Shown here: positions 39,201 to 51,074 of the stretch, piece after piece
Layout: each line of letters opens with the position of its first letter
Numbering within the stretch: the stretch's first letter is position 1
Origin: Octopus bimaculoides
Lineage: Eukaryota
Reading direction: 5' to 3'
Length of the DNA stretch: 61,807 nucleotides
Assembly (NCBI RefSeq): GCF_001194135.2
Contig: NC_068982.1
Span: 87,087,242-87,149,048, forward strand
Made by a program: the position numbers and the translations under genes
Notes under the pieces: model-generated
The model's input: only the letters and a program-made list of their open reading frames with translations
Databases searched by the model: none
What the model was told of the DNA's origin: nothing

Positions 39201-40499
39201 GAAAAATATGTGAAGCAATGAAAAAGCCTTAATGAAATTACTCAACCAGCTCATAACACCTCCACCTCCTTTAACAAGTTTCCTACCATCTATAAAATAA
39301 TAATCATTTGTTGTAAAGCAACATACTCCTTCTAAAGACAAGCCTCATAACAGGACTAAAGAACTTTTATACAATTTGGAACCCAATGAGAACAGAAACA
39401 ATAACCTAAAGCAGACAGTGTATATGAATACCCATATGGTATGTTAAATGAATTAAACCTAAATAAAATGATAAATATATATATAAAAATGTAGAATTAA
39501 ATACAAAACACAAACTTCAGGAACATTTTAATGTTTAGACAACTAATTGTCTCAAGATAAGATTTATATAATTTATACAGAGAGGAATATCTATAGAAAA
39601 TGGGGAAAATGTTCTTTATATAGCTGTGCTAAAACAAAGTATTCAAACAGCTCAGATCTCTAAAATAGAAAAGACTGAAAATTCCTGTGTTGATATCTCT
39701 TTACTTACACTTAATTGTATCCTTTATCAAGACACACGGTTCTCAATTAACAGTAGGCCAAGTCAATAGAATTTTTAACAGCCACCTGACAAGTTTATAG
39801 TTTATATTCTATTGCCAAAACTGCATTGCATCTATAGTCAACTTTTACTAAGTCTACTTAGCTGTAAATAACTTTTACATGTAGTTATAGGGAACTCTGC
39901 CAACCTGTAATAATTATTTACAGTTTATAGTTCATCTAGAACCTGGAGAAAAGAATAGTACTTTGATATTCAGTATCACACGAACATCTCCATTACATAT
40001 AGTTCTTATGAACTATATGTAATGGCTGATTTTTGGTTGTGAAAATGTATGAATTATAAGTAATGCCTTAATTTCCATGGGTTAAGCACAGCACAATCAT
40101 CCATCACCACTTTATTTGTTATCATGAAAAAGTACAATTCACCACAGGCATAATATAACTGACAGTTGTTATACTATCTTGTTATGGTGAGTTCCAATAT
40201 GGAAGAGTACAGATACAAACAAGATAATTTGTGTGATTATGGAAGGCTGAATATCTTCAGTGAGTCCATAACAACCCAAATAGTTATGGGACATCCATTT
40301 CAAACTATTATCAGAAAAAAGATATAACTTTAAATATTATTACTGCAGTAAAAAACAAATAATTTCAAAAGATTTCAGGTAAAATCAAATGGAAACACAC
40401 ACATGCACACTTTGATACCAACTTGCCTGAGACCACTCCTGCTTCTATGACACCAATTCCTGTTTTAAAATTATCTTAATTAGAACCTTCCTTCTAAAT

Positions 40500-40615
40500 G
40501 TCCAACTTAATAATGACAAATTCATTTTATTAGTTTTTTTGTTATTTTCAAAATTCATTGAAACAGAGTCAGTGTATTTTAATAGAAATATGGTAACAAA
40601 ACAGTTAAATAATGT
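40500..40615 (+). mobile_element. Dispersed repeat end, possibly a piggyBac-type MITE terminus
   Basis: Direct-repeat homologue at 55920-56030; both end ...tggtaacaaaa.xgTTAA. Confidence 0.45.
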
Positions 40616-40678
40616 CATAGCTTTTGTAAATGAAATGAAGCTGAATTCAAAGTGCAATATCATAATATAATACTATAC

Positions 40679-40742
40679 CTGGTTGATCAGATCAATTAGA
40701 GTACACAGTCTCTGAGCAGCAGATTGCTTTTCCTCAGACAAA
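40679..40742 (-). CDS. PGM3: PGM3 exon: (N)LSEEKQSAAQRLCTLIDLINQ
   Basis: 64 bp, ttttAG/GTatag; IDLINQ motif; 1 nt plus 21 codons completes the split codon from 55389. Confidence 0.9.
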
Positions 40743-40999
40743 CTAAAACAAACAAATAAATAAGTGGTAATTCAAGAGTGGTGAGTCAGCAGAAATATTA
40801 ATGATAGGTAAATGCTTCTTCCCGTTAATTTCGGTGAGGATTTCAATATTTTGCAAGAGGTAACTCTACACCAATTCATTCCATGCTGGAGTGGTAAATA
40901 TAGTAATAGAATATAGGTTCAATAAAAATAAGTACAAAAATTGTAACTGGACAAAAGAAATTACTCTTTGATAATTTAACAAGCATATTTTCACATCCT

Positions 41000-41800
41000 T
41001 CAAACAACTCATCTTCTGGCTCTGGATAACACAATGATCCCATTATCTTTCAAACTGATACACTAAGAATGCTCCTACAAATATATTGCTTTGTCTCCCC
41101 ATATCCTGCAAGAACAGACTGAGGCATCCAGTGTATAATTTGCACATGATGTTCTGGTAGGTTATTTAGCAGTAACTTTTAGTAAGGGTGGTTTGGATAT
41201 TTTGGGGGATGAGGAGAGTAGTTGCAATTGATAACCATTGGAGCAATTCTTGTGTGTCCTTGATAATTTCTCCATATTGTATGAAAACTTGTCAATAAAA
41301 GGCGAAATTTTTCAGCCAGTAACTGTTTGTTCTGCAGTCTGGACCTAGAGGTTTCTTGTTTGACATTTTCTGTAGAACTGTTTCCAGTATTTCACTGCTT
41401 ATTTCATATTGCTTTTGCTGGACATGCTGGTAGTAGTCCTGCTCCAGTTCTTTTAGCCATTCATCTTGTTTGTTGAATTTATCATTTGTTTCCACTAGAA
41501 ATCTCCAGTAGCTCTCAACCTGATCTTATATAGAGATTGAGTTGTTCTCACTGAAGCTGTGATAAACTGATTTGGGATTTGGCAAATAATTTGACAATTT
41601 GCCATTTATATGTTGTAGATTTATATTTTAATCTTTCAGCTGTAGGTATGAGTTGTTTCAAATGGTGCAGTTCGGAGTTTAGGCTTTTGATTCCTGTATC
41701 ACCGAAATGCCTCTCTAGTTTTTTTTCTTTTTTTTCTGAGGTCTTCCTGATGTGTGAAGTTGTTCCCTGTGTTACATTTCATAACTACAATGGTCTGTGA
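41000..41800 (-). mobile_element. R4/Dong-like fragment, pre-RT region
   Basis: LETVLQKMSNKKPLGPD...YWLKNF motif with frameshifts. Confidence 0.6.
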
Positions 41801-42313
41801 GATACTTTTGCACAAAAATAAAATTTTAATTTTTAAGTTACATGCCCACGCTGGTTAATGCTTTCTGTTTGAATTTTGATTGTGTGGTTTCAGCTCTTTG
41901 TGATATGCTAGTAATGTAATAGCTGTGATATATATACCTCTGGATTGTATGATCTTCAGATATTTGTTTACTGAATCTAATTTACTGGGTTCTTTACTTA
42001 TACTACACCTAGTAGTTATGGTGTTTGTCAGTTTGTCAAAAGGTTGTGGGCCAGTATACTCCAATGGAAATGAATACCTGACTAGTGCTGGTGCAGCCCT
42101 ATCTCTTTCCAACTGTCGTATCCTTAATGTTCTGCTCAGTCAAGGGTGGAAGTGCAAAGGGGATGTTTATATTTGCTCATCACTACATAGGCATCTAAAA
42201 TTATTAGCAAAAGCATGGTGCATGTTACACACTTATGAGTGATTGATATGGTTTACATAGCTTACCTATGTATACATGTGTATGTGTGTGGTGTGTGTAA
42301 TTTTGGGAAGTCA

Positions 42314-42378
<65 letters not shown>

Positions 42379-42513
42379 CAGTTGCACATACATAGTGTAT
42401 GTATTTGTTTATACAACAACTTGCTGCAGGAAAGTGACCTGCATGACACCAAGTGTTAAAGAACACTGAATGTCCCATACCAAGGGAGACAACTCGCCTC
42501 AAGAGGATCGAGA

Positions 42514-42560
42514 ATGATAGATGTTGATATTTCACCATTATTGTGGCTCATCAGTAGCAT
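42514..42560 (-). ncRNA. Type I minimal hammerhead motif, left arm (sense to PGM3)
   Basis: Reverse complement: atgcta-CTGATGA-gcca caataa tggt-GAAA-tatcaaca-TC-tatcat. Core intact, G-U at the base of stem II, one mismatch in stem I. Confidence 0.75.
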
Positions 42561-42713
42561 GTGCTTGAAACACTTCGAAATGAAATCAATTATCAGTCTG
42601 GAGCAAATAGACTTCACACAATTAGCATAGACTGTGGAGCAAATAGACTTCCCACTATTAGCATATTTGTCCTAAACTGGCAATTCATTTAATTCTGAAG
42701 TGTTCCAAGTACT

Positions 42714-42758
42714 TAGTACTGATGAGCCACAATAATGGCAAAATATCAATATCTATTA
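42714..42758 (+). ncRNA. Type I minimal hammerhead motif, right arm
   Basis: tagta-CTGATGA-gcca caataa tggc-AAAA-tatcaata-TC-tatta. G12 changed to A, otherwise canonical. Confidence 0.75.
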
Positions 42759-42955
42759 TCCTCGATCATCCCAAAGCAACTTGTCTCACCTGGTGTGGGA
42801 CATTCAGTGTTCTTTAACACTCAGTGTCATGTAAGGAATTTTCCCAGGACACTACCCAGCAGCAAATTGGTGAATAAACAAAACACATACATTATGTGTG
42901 ACTGATAATGTTTACATTGTTAGAGCTGTTTTTAATTTGTAATTTTATATATATA

Positions 42956-43833
42956 ATAGATGTACCCACCGTGACCTGTTGGGTCATAACCACTCCAAGT
43001 TGAAAATGTCAATGCACAGTGGGAAAGGAAAAAATACTATTTCGAACTTCATGCAATAAAATTCTTAAATAATACAGTTCTCCTGCCTTTGGTGTGACAA
43101 CATAAACACTACCAAGTATTTCTTCTTTGAAAACATTCAAATGGCTTTTAATGTTTTAAAGTCATCATCGATGCACAATAAAAAGAATTCTGTCAATGTT
43201 ATTCTATGTCATTTACTGACAGCCATATATATCCTCATAATTTCTGAGCAATATTCTTTGTTTATCTGGTAAATGAATTTGCAGTCTGACTATTGTAGGT
43301 GCTCTTTCATGAATTGAAAATCCTGCTTAGGAGGGTCCAATATACACACCCATTAGATATTGACTAATTTCATTATCATTGTTTATTTGAACAGTTAACT
43401 AACCTCACTGAGGCATCGATTTCAATGTTGCAGTGGCATTTGAATGTTCTTAAAAGAGTTTCATTATAAGGTACAACCCATTTGTTGTTGTTTGTTTTTC
43501 CATTCTTATGAGAATCAACTCCTCCCATTGCAACTAATCTTCGTCTATAAAGAGACAGTCTTTCTGTCTGTTTTTCTGCCTTTTGATTAAGATGATAAAG
43601 ATTAATATTTTATTTTAAATAAAATTAGTAATTTTCCCTTTTAAGAAAAAGACAAATCAAATACCCATGATTTAAAAATATCTCATAAAAATATAGTGAG
43701 AATTTCTCTCTTTCAAATTTATGGCGCTCTGAAAGTTGTACAAATGGCTAAGGGAAGACAAAAGAAAGTAAGAAAACAGGACAGGCAATGGTAGCTGACA
43801 CAACGCTTTGAAGTGTTGACATTTTCAACTTGA
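42956..43833 (-). mobile_element. Internally deleted Helitron with both termini
   Basis: 5' a|TCAAG; 3' hairpin tgacc-caaca-ggtca then CTAT|t. RepHel remnants KWVVPYNETLLRTFKCHCNIE, IHERAPTIVRLQIHLP and LGSVYVVTPKAGELYY. Confidence 0.85.
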
Positions 43834-43935
43834 TTTCTTTTTTTTCTTAAAGGAGGAAATGACTATTTTATTTGTAATCTTTATCATCTTAATCAAATGG
43901 CAGGAAAACAGACAAACTTTGAGTTTTAGTATAAT

Positions 43936-43966
<31 letters not shown>

Positions 43967-44169
43967 GTAGAAATATGTTAAAAAAAACAAAATAGAAACT
44001 ACACGTTGAAATGTAAGGGGAACGTAAGCAGAAAAATAAGAGAAAATGCACATTGGAAATCAAAAAGAAGGTAAGGCTTTTTATGAAAAGTAACGATATA
44101 TATATATACAATTAGATGAACTGAGGTAGGAATAAAGGTAATAAAAGTCATTATTGTGAGTTGTTAAAG

Positions 44170-45445
44170 AGATTTACAAGCATACCGGTTTTGTGATATT
44201 ACTAGTCATTGCTTTGAGTATACACTGAATTCTGAACGGTGTCAAGTCTATTAGTCCCTTAGCAAAAAGATTATGTGTAAGGGAGGTAAGTAGTTCTGGA
44301 TTAGGTGCAATTAGGGTGGATCTGGATTTGTAGTGTGAATGGTGTATGGGATGTATGGGGGTTNNNNNNNNNNNNNNNNNNNNNNNNNNNNNNNNNNNNN
44401 NNNNNNNNNNNNNNNNNNNNNNNNNNNNNNNNNNNNNNNNNNNNNNNNNNNNNNNNNNNNNNNNNNNNNNNNNNNNNNNNNNNNNNNNNNNNNNNNNNNN
44501 NNNNNNNNNNNNNNNNNNNNNNNNNNNNNNNNNNNNNNNNNNNNNNNNNNNNNNNNNNNNNNNNNNNNNNNNNNNNNNNNNNNNNNNNNNNNNNNNNNNN
44601 NNNNNNNNNNNNNNNNNNNNNNNNNNNNNNNNNNNNNNNNNNNNNNNNNNNNNNNNNNNNNNNNNNNNNNNNNNNNNNNNNNNNNNNNNNNNNNNNNNNN
44701 NNNNNNNNNNNNNNNNNNNNNNNNNNNNNNNNNNNNNNNNNNNNNNNNNNNNNNNNNNNNNNNNNNNNNNNNNNNNNNNNNNNNNNNNNNNNNNNNNNNN
44801 NNNNNNNNNNNNNNNNNNNNNNNNNNNNNNNNNNNNNNNNNNNNNNNNNNNNNNNNNNNNNNNNNNNNNNNNNNNNNNNNNNNNNNNNNNNNNNNNNNNN
44901 NNNNNNNNNNNNNNNNNNNNNNNNNNNNNNNNNNNNNNNNNNNNNNNNNNNNNNNNNNNNNNNNNNNNNNNNNNNNNNNNNNNNNNNNNNNNNNNNNNNN
45001 NNNNNNNNNNNNNNNNNNNNNNNNNNNNNNNNNNNNNNNNNNNNNNNNNNNNNNNNNNNNNNNNNNNNNNNNNNNNNNNNNNNNNNNNNGCTAATGGATA
45101 TAGTCTTGTGCTGGTTAATATTTTTTTCAATGATTTAGGTTGCATTTTACTTTTGATAATTTTGTGAGTCTAAAATTTTGTTCATTGTTTTATCTCTTGT
45201 GAGGATGGGTAGATTTTGGATGATAATGTTAAAGGCTTTGTTGTTTCTAGGGTTATGTGTGGAGCTGTATGGGAGTATTTTTAAGTCTGGTTTAGTATTT
45301 CGGTTGACTTCCCTCAATGTTTGTATGTCTATTTCCTTAGCTCGGTTGATTCCATTATTTATTAAAGATATTGGGTAATGTCTTTTGAGTAGTATTGATC
45401 TGAGTTCAAGGAGTCTTCATTCACGAGTATCGGGGTCTGAAACTA
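44170..45445 (-). mobile_element. Penelope-like fragment spanning an assembly gap
   Basis: GINRAKEID...LPYSSTHNPRN...IIIQNLPIL...MQPKSLKKILTS resembles the PLE thumb/linker region. Confidence 0.6.
44364..45089. other. Assembly gap (N). Other gaps at 8476-8494, 22942-22951 and 49382-50215
   Basis: Directly visible. Confidence 1.
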
Positions 45446-45539
45446 TGGTATATATATATACACACACACACACACACATACATATATACAAATACACACA
45501 AACACATATATATATATATACATGATGTTTTGCAAACAA

Positions 45540-48125
45540 CTTGCACATGCAAGTGCTACCAGTTCGAGAACTCTACATACCAGAAGCCAGCAAGTGTATG
45601 GGGTCATCAGGAGAGAATGCACACCATTTCAGGGTCTACCTCTTGATGGCATCAATGCACACTCCTCACACACACTGATATGAAGCCCTGCTTGCTAGAT
45701 AAACTGGTTATCAAATAAAGCTCAATATTCTTCTAGCCATCGCTCATCATCTCTTTTTAACCAAATCCTGTGGCTAGCCTTTTCCACTGTAGTTTAGATA
45801 TCGGTCATGGTGGTATTTACTTTATGATGAGTTAGGCCTAACGATAACAACAGTCATCTCACACTATGTCCAACAAATCCTCTACATCTGACTTTGATTG
45901 GAAAATGCTCTGCTTTCCAGCCTGCATCTTCACATTCTTAGAGGAGCTTTACATAACGGTCAAACTTTCGAGCCTGAGTGGTGGCCATGTTATCTTTATG
46001 AGGAACTGTTAACTCAAGTAGATTCACAACTTTCTTTCTTTCACATTAAAATGTCCAGTTTTTCATAACTGGGATGGGAAAGAGTCCCTGGCACCCTGAT
46101 AAATCTGTAGTCACCTCCCAATAGCCATTCCACTTTTCATTGATCACAGGAAGTCTGTTGTTCTTCTTCTTGAAACAGATCTGCTGTGCTGAGTGCACAA
46201 AGGTAATGAAATCTCTAGTTGGTATTTTCAATGTTTTTTTCTTTTCACTGTTGTCAAGATCAATTTGGTTCTTTATAGCATCGAAGATAACCTTAAGGAC
46301 CAGGTTGTGTCTCCATGTATATCTATTCAATGCTAGTGAAAAGTTGGAAAGAATATGTTTCAGTGTTCAGACCTTTCCGCATTTGCATATGTCATTCTCT
46401 GAGACGTTCCATCTTACTAGATTTGCAGGTGATGGCAAGACATCCTCGGATGAACGAATCAGAAATCTTAGCCGAGATGTGGTCCACCTCCATATCTCAT
46501 CTCAACTTATTTTTCTCTCAGCAACATGTTCCTCCCATCTCATCATCTGTCCTTGTTGAATGCATTAGATCAAATGAAGCTCTTTTCTCTCTGCTTCCCT
46601 CATTTTGACGCTATTGCTAACAACAAACCTGTGTCCACTTCGCATCATACTTGCAAACAGTCTGAACTGATCTGTGCCAGAATCAAGTCCCTTCCAATGA
46701 ATTTGCGCTGTACCCACCATATCTAGGTGTGTAAGAGAAGACAGATGTCATCAGTCTCTGCTTTCCATTTTCTGACTGGTTTCACATATGGTGGATTACG
46801 CCTGATTTCCATGTTCTTCGACTCTCTCAGCATCATCACCATTTGTATATTCCCCAGTTTATAAATTTCGACTATTGGTGCCAGTGGTAACTGCAATGAG
46901 CCTCTTTTATGATAAAGAGCTGAATTGTTCAATATCTGAGGTAGGCCTAGCCACTTTCTAATGAACACATTACATTTGAACTCTGACAACGCTACCTTGT
47001 ATATTAAAAGTGGCCATGAAAGTCACAGATACAAGTTGAACTGTAAGCACCAAATTTTATATTTACCTGGTAACTTTGAGTTATCAATTGTTGATACTCC
47101 AACCTCTGCTTGTTTCATAATTTCCATTCTGCGACTCCTGTCTGACAATGTTCCAGTATATACTCGCCCCAAGCTCTTGATGGATTCTTCTTTGACTGTT
47201 GGAATGCTTTCTTCAACTATTTGAAACTTAACTTGTTTCTGCACTCCCTTAACAAGTGTAAGACTACGCAACTTTTTTGCTTGAAACCGCATCCTTGAGC
47301 ACCTCACAAGCTCATCTAGTCTCAAGAGGGTATTCTGCATGATTTGCTTGTCTATTGATAGAAGTGTCATGTCATCTGTGAAGGCTTTCATAGGCAATTT
47401 GTTCTGAAAAATGCATGACTTTCAAAATCATCTCCATGACTAAGATAAACCACGTGACAGATATTGTACAGCCAGCAGCAATACCAATCTCCAATCTCCA
47501 ATCGGTGCCAATCTGTTGTAAAATTTCCAGCTGTAAACCTCATTTCGAAACTGTCATAGTACATCCTCATTATTTTGATCACTTTGTGTGGAATGTGGAA
47601 GTGGTCCATGGCTCTCATCAGTAATTCACGTGGCACTGAGCTATGTGTGTTAGCTAGGTCAAGCCATACCACGTTCAGACTTCTCTTTTTCTGCTTGGCA
47701 TCCTGGATCACTTTCCAAATCGAAGAACAGTGTTCAACACATCCAGGGATCCCGGGGATTCCAGCCTTTTGAACAGATTTATCAACATATCCATTACTCT
47801 ATAAATATGTCACTGTTCTCCTTGAGAGAATTCCCATAAAGATCTAGCCTTCCACATTCAACAAGGATATCAGCTTAAATTGTTTTATAGTCTCTGCATT
47901 GACCTCCTTCAGCAAGTATATGCCTTCTGCCTTACACCAATCCTCTACTAGAGTCTCTTCGTGCCACAGCTGTCGGAATAGGACAAAGAGCTTCTTTCGC
48001 AGACGATTGCAATATTTATAAACTTTTGCTCTAGCTTTTCTCATGAAATCATTCACCTGTTTCTCCCTGATGTTCCCAATTTGAAATTTGATATCAGGTT
48101 CTAAGAAATACTTTAGCCCATTTAG
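45540..48125 (-). mobile_element. HERO-like (R2 superfamily) non-LTR retrotransposon: RT, CCHC and REL, degenerate
   Basis: ISLLNVEGK; QKAGIPGIPGCVEH; VVWLDLAN..SVP; KAFTDDMT; RKWLGLP; RYTWRHNLVL; frameshifted ELTVP...GW...CRGF...ASHRIWLKR. Confidence 0.85.
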
Positions 48126-48417
48126 AGGTGGCAGTGGCTGGTTACAGTACATATACAAATACACACACACATGCACATACAAACACACACATGCACACAC
48201 ACACATACACACACACACACATACATTAGTAAAATAACATTTGGGCAAAAACCTTGTAGATACTATGCAAACCTTCTCCATAGTTATTATCTACCAGATG
48301 TCATTGTACAGTGAGAATGCTTGTTACTGGATACACATCAGGAATTCCATAGTATCCATAGAGTTTAATAATTAGATAGAAAATAGAAAATGGATTGAAT
48401 GACGTTCTTTATTTAAA

Positions 48418-48849
48418 AATCACTGCAATTGTTTCTTCACATCATTACATCTATAGTACATTGGTGAGATAAAATAATATATTCTATAGTCACTATCATC
48501 CATCAAAGGTGTAAGATGCACTTTTGCTTGTAGTTATTTTAAATAAGTCCTTTGTTAGATCATACTGTCATTTCACTCTGTATGAGAATGAATACCCAAA
48601 GCAGTGTGCTATTTTCAACAATTTGCAAACAAATGCTGAAAATTGTTGAAAATAGCACACTGCTTTGAGTAGTCATTCTCATACAGAGTGAAATGACAGT
48701 ATGATCTAACAAAGGACCTATTTAAAATAACCACAAGCAAAAATGTATCTTACACTTTGATGGATGATAGTGATTAAACAATATATTAATTATATTACCT
48801 CACCAATGTACTATGGATGTAATGATGTGAAGAAACAATTTTAGTGACT
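48418..48849. repeat. Near-perfect palindrome with arms of about 205 bp and a 15 nt spacer
   Basis: 48418-48624 is the reverse complement of 48640-48849 with few mismatches. Confidence 0.95.
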
Positions 48850-49239
48850 TTAAATTTAAAAAAATATCATTCAATCCATTTTCTATTACTCACACACACA
48901 TACATACACACATACATGTACATCATCATCATTATTATTTTACATTTACTTTTCATGTTGGTACGAGTTGCATAGTTAGATAGGATCCAAAAGGTCAGAG
49001 AATCATATTTTGCTCCATTGTCTTTGTTTTTGCATTGTTTCTCCAGCTGAAAGCCCTTCCAAATACCAACACAAACCCCTTCAGGTAGATGGCCCTGCTC
49101 AGTATGTAGAAAAGGAGTAGGTAGTAACTCTATAAGATGTACCCGGTGCAAGCTATGGACACATAAGAGGTGCAGCAACATCAAAGGCAGGTTAACTAGC
49201 AAGTTAGTTTTTGTTTGTGGCAGATGTTCAGGTGCAATA

Positions 49240-50455
49240 AACACTGTAAACAAACAGGAAACAACTTCTATCTCATTCCAGGGTGAAAAACTAGAGGTAG
49301 TCGATAGCTTCCGCTATCTGGGCTACCAAGTTAGTAGTGGGGGTGGGTGCGCTGAAAGTGTAGCTGCTAGAATAAGAATAGNNNNNNNNNNNNNNNNNNN
49401 NNNNNNNNNNNNNNNNNNNNNNNNNNNNNNNNNNNNNNNNNNNNNNNNNNNNNNNNNNNNNNNNNNNNNNNNNNNNNNNNNNNNNNNNNNNNNNNNNNNN
49501 NNNNNNNNNNNNNNNNNNNNNNNNNNNNNNNNNNNNNNNNNNNNNNNNNNNNNNNNNNNNNNNNNNNNNNNNNNNNNNNNNNNNNNNNNNNNNNNNNNNN
49601 NNNNNNNNNNNNNNNNNNNNNNNNNNNNNNNNNNNNNNNNNNNNNNNNNNNNNNNNNNNNNNNNNNNNNNNNNNNNNNNNNNNNNNNNNNNNNNNNNNNN
49701 NNNNNNNNNNNNNNNNNNNNNNNNNNNNNNNNNNNNNNNNNNNNNNNNNNNNNNNNNNNNNNNNNNNNNNNNNNNNNNNNNNNNNNNNNNNNNNNNNNNN
49801 NNNNNNNNNNNNNNNNNNNNNNNNNNNNNNNNNNNNNNNNNNNNNNNNNNNNNNNNNNNNNNNNNNNNNNNNNNNNNNNNNNNNNNNNNNNNNNNNNNNN
49901 NNNNNNNNNNNNNNNNNNNNNNNNNNNNNNNNNNNNNNNNNNNNNNNNNNNNNNNNNNNNNNNNNNNNNNNNNNNNNNNNNNNNNNNNNNNNNNNNNNNN
50001 NNNNNNNNNNNNNNNNNNNNNNNNNNNNNNNNNNNNNNNNNNNNNNNNNNNNNNNNNNNNNNNNNNNNNNNNNNNNNNNNNNNNNNNNNNNNNNNNNNNN
50101 NNNNNNNNNNNNNNNNNNNNNNNNNNNNNNNNNNNNNNNNNNNNNNNNNNNNNNNNNNNNNNNNNNNNNNNNNNNNNNNNNNNNNNNNNNNNNNNNNNNN
50201 NNNNNNNNNNNNNNNCGGGTGACACATAAAAGACACCATTTCGAGCGTGGCCGTTTTCGTGCGGGTGACACGTAAAAGCACCCACTACACTCTCTGAGTG
50301 GTTGGCGTTAGGAAGGGCATCCAGCTGTAGAAACTCTGCCAAATTAGACTGGAGCCTGGTGTTGCCATCCGGTTTCACCAGTCCTCAGTCAAATCGTCCA
50401 ACCCATGCTAGCATGGAAAGCGGACGTTAAACGATGATGATGATGATGATGATTT
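49240..50455 (+). mobile_element. RTE-clade LINE 3' fragment across an assembly gap
   Basis: QGEKLEVVDSFRYLGYQVSSGGGCAESVAARIRI before the gap; family C 3' end with (GAT)n after it. Confidence 0.8.
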
Positions 50456-51074
50456 ACATGGTGCTTTTTTTTCTTTGTGGAATCAGCACTTGCAGGATTA
50501 AAGTGCCCCTTTGTCTTAGAAACGATAGGAGATAATGTGGTTGCTATAAGTGAAGTGTTGAGGAGTTAATATATGATGGGAGAAGTAGAGACAGGTTTGC
50601 TGTGGAGGAAATTCATGGCTTCTTCACATCTTAACATGGGTGGAGTGGTGCCACAAAGAGAAGAAAATGTGGTGGTGGTGAGGTATCAGGAAATGCCCTC
50701 AAGTGACATATGCAAGAAGATGAATGGAAGAGAGCATGGGGACAGGAGAATCTGTAGTAGTAGTTAAGATTAAGGTTGTAGGAGTGTTAAGGGAGAGAAG
50801 AACATAAGCATGGTGGAAAGAGTTCAGATGTATACAGAAAGTAAATGCAGTGAGTTGTGAACAGAGGTGAGGGTGATCAATGGTAAAACAAGTGGGGACA
50901 GAGGTCAACTGGGAGTAGCTCAGAGAAGGGGAAGTGGTACTTGGCAGTATAGAAATGACAATATAAAAGGTTTGCTGTAACAGGTTGTAAGTTCATTATT
51001 TGCAGCAGCAGCACAAAGGATGATGGAGAGATTGAGTGTTAGCAAGATGGGGTAGGGTTACAGTTTGCAAATAT

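Larger units (their letters stand above)
42400..42890. repeat. Foldback with arms at about 42400-42590 and 42680-42890; spacer holds a tandem repeat of about 35 bp
   Basis: Arms are reverse complements by eye; spacer tggagcaaatagacttc.cac.attagcata occurs twice. Confidence 0.92.

Noticed and set aside
38100-40330. Possible piggyBac transposase remnants (acidic N-terminus near 38230, GGGTTAA at about 40079)
   Set aside because: No convincing catalytic motif or paired termini.
48815-48850. GAAACAATT motif at the palindrome end as a ribozyme half
   Set aside because: No CUGANGA core or stem II upstream.
44174-50378. Long ORFs of 250-350 aa in the ORF track
   Set aside because: They consist of X residues read through N gaps.
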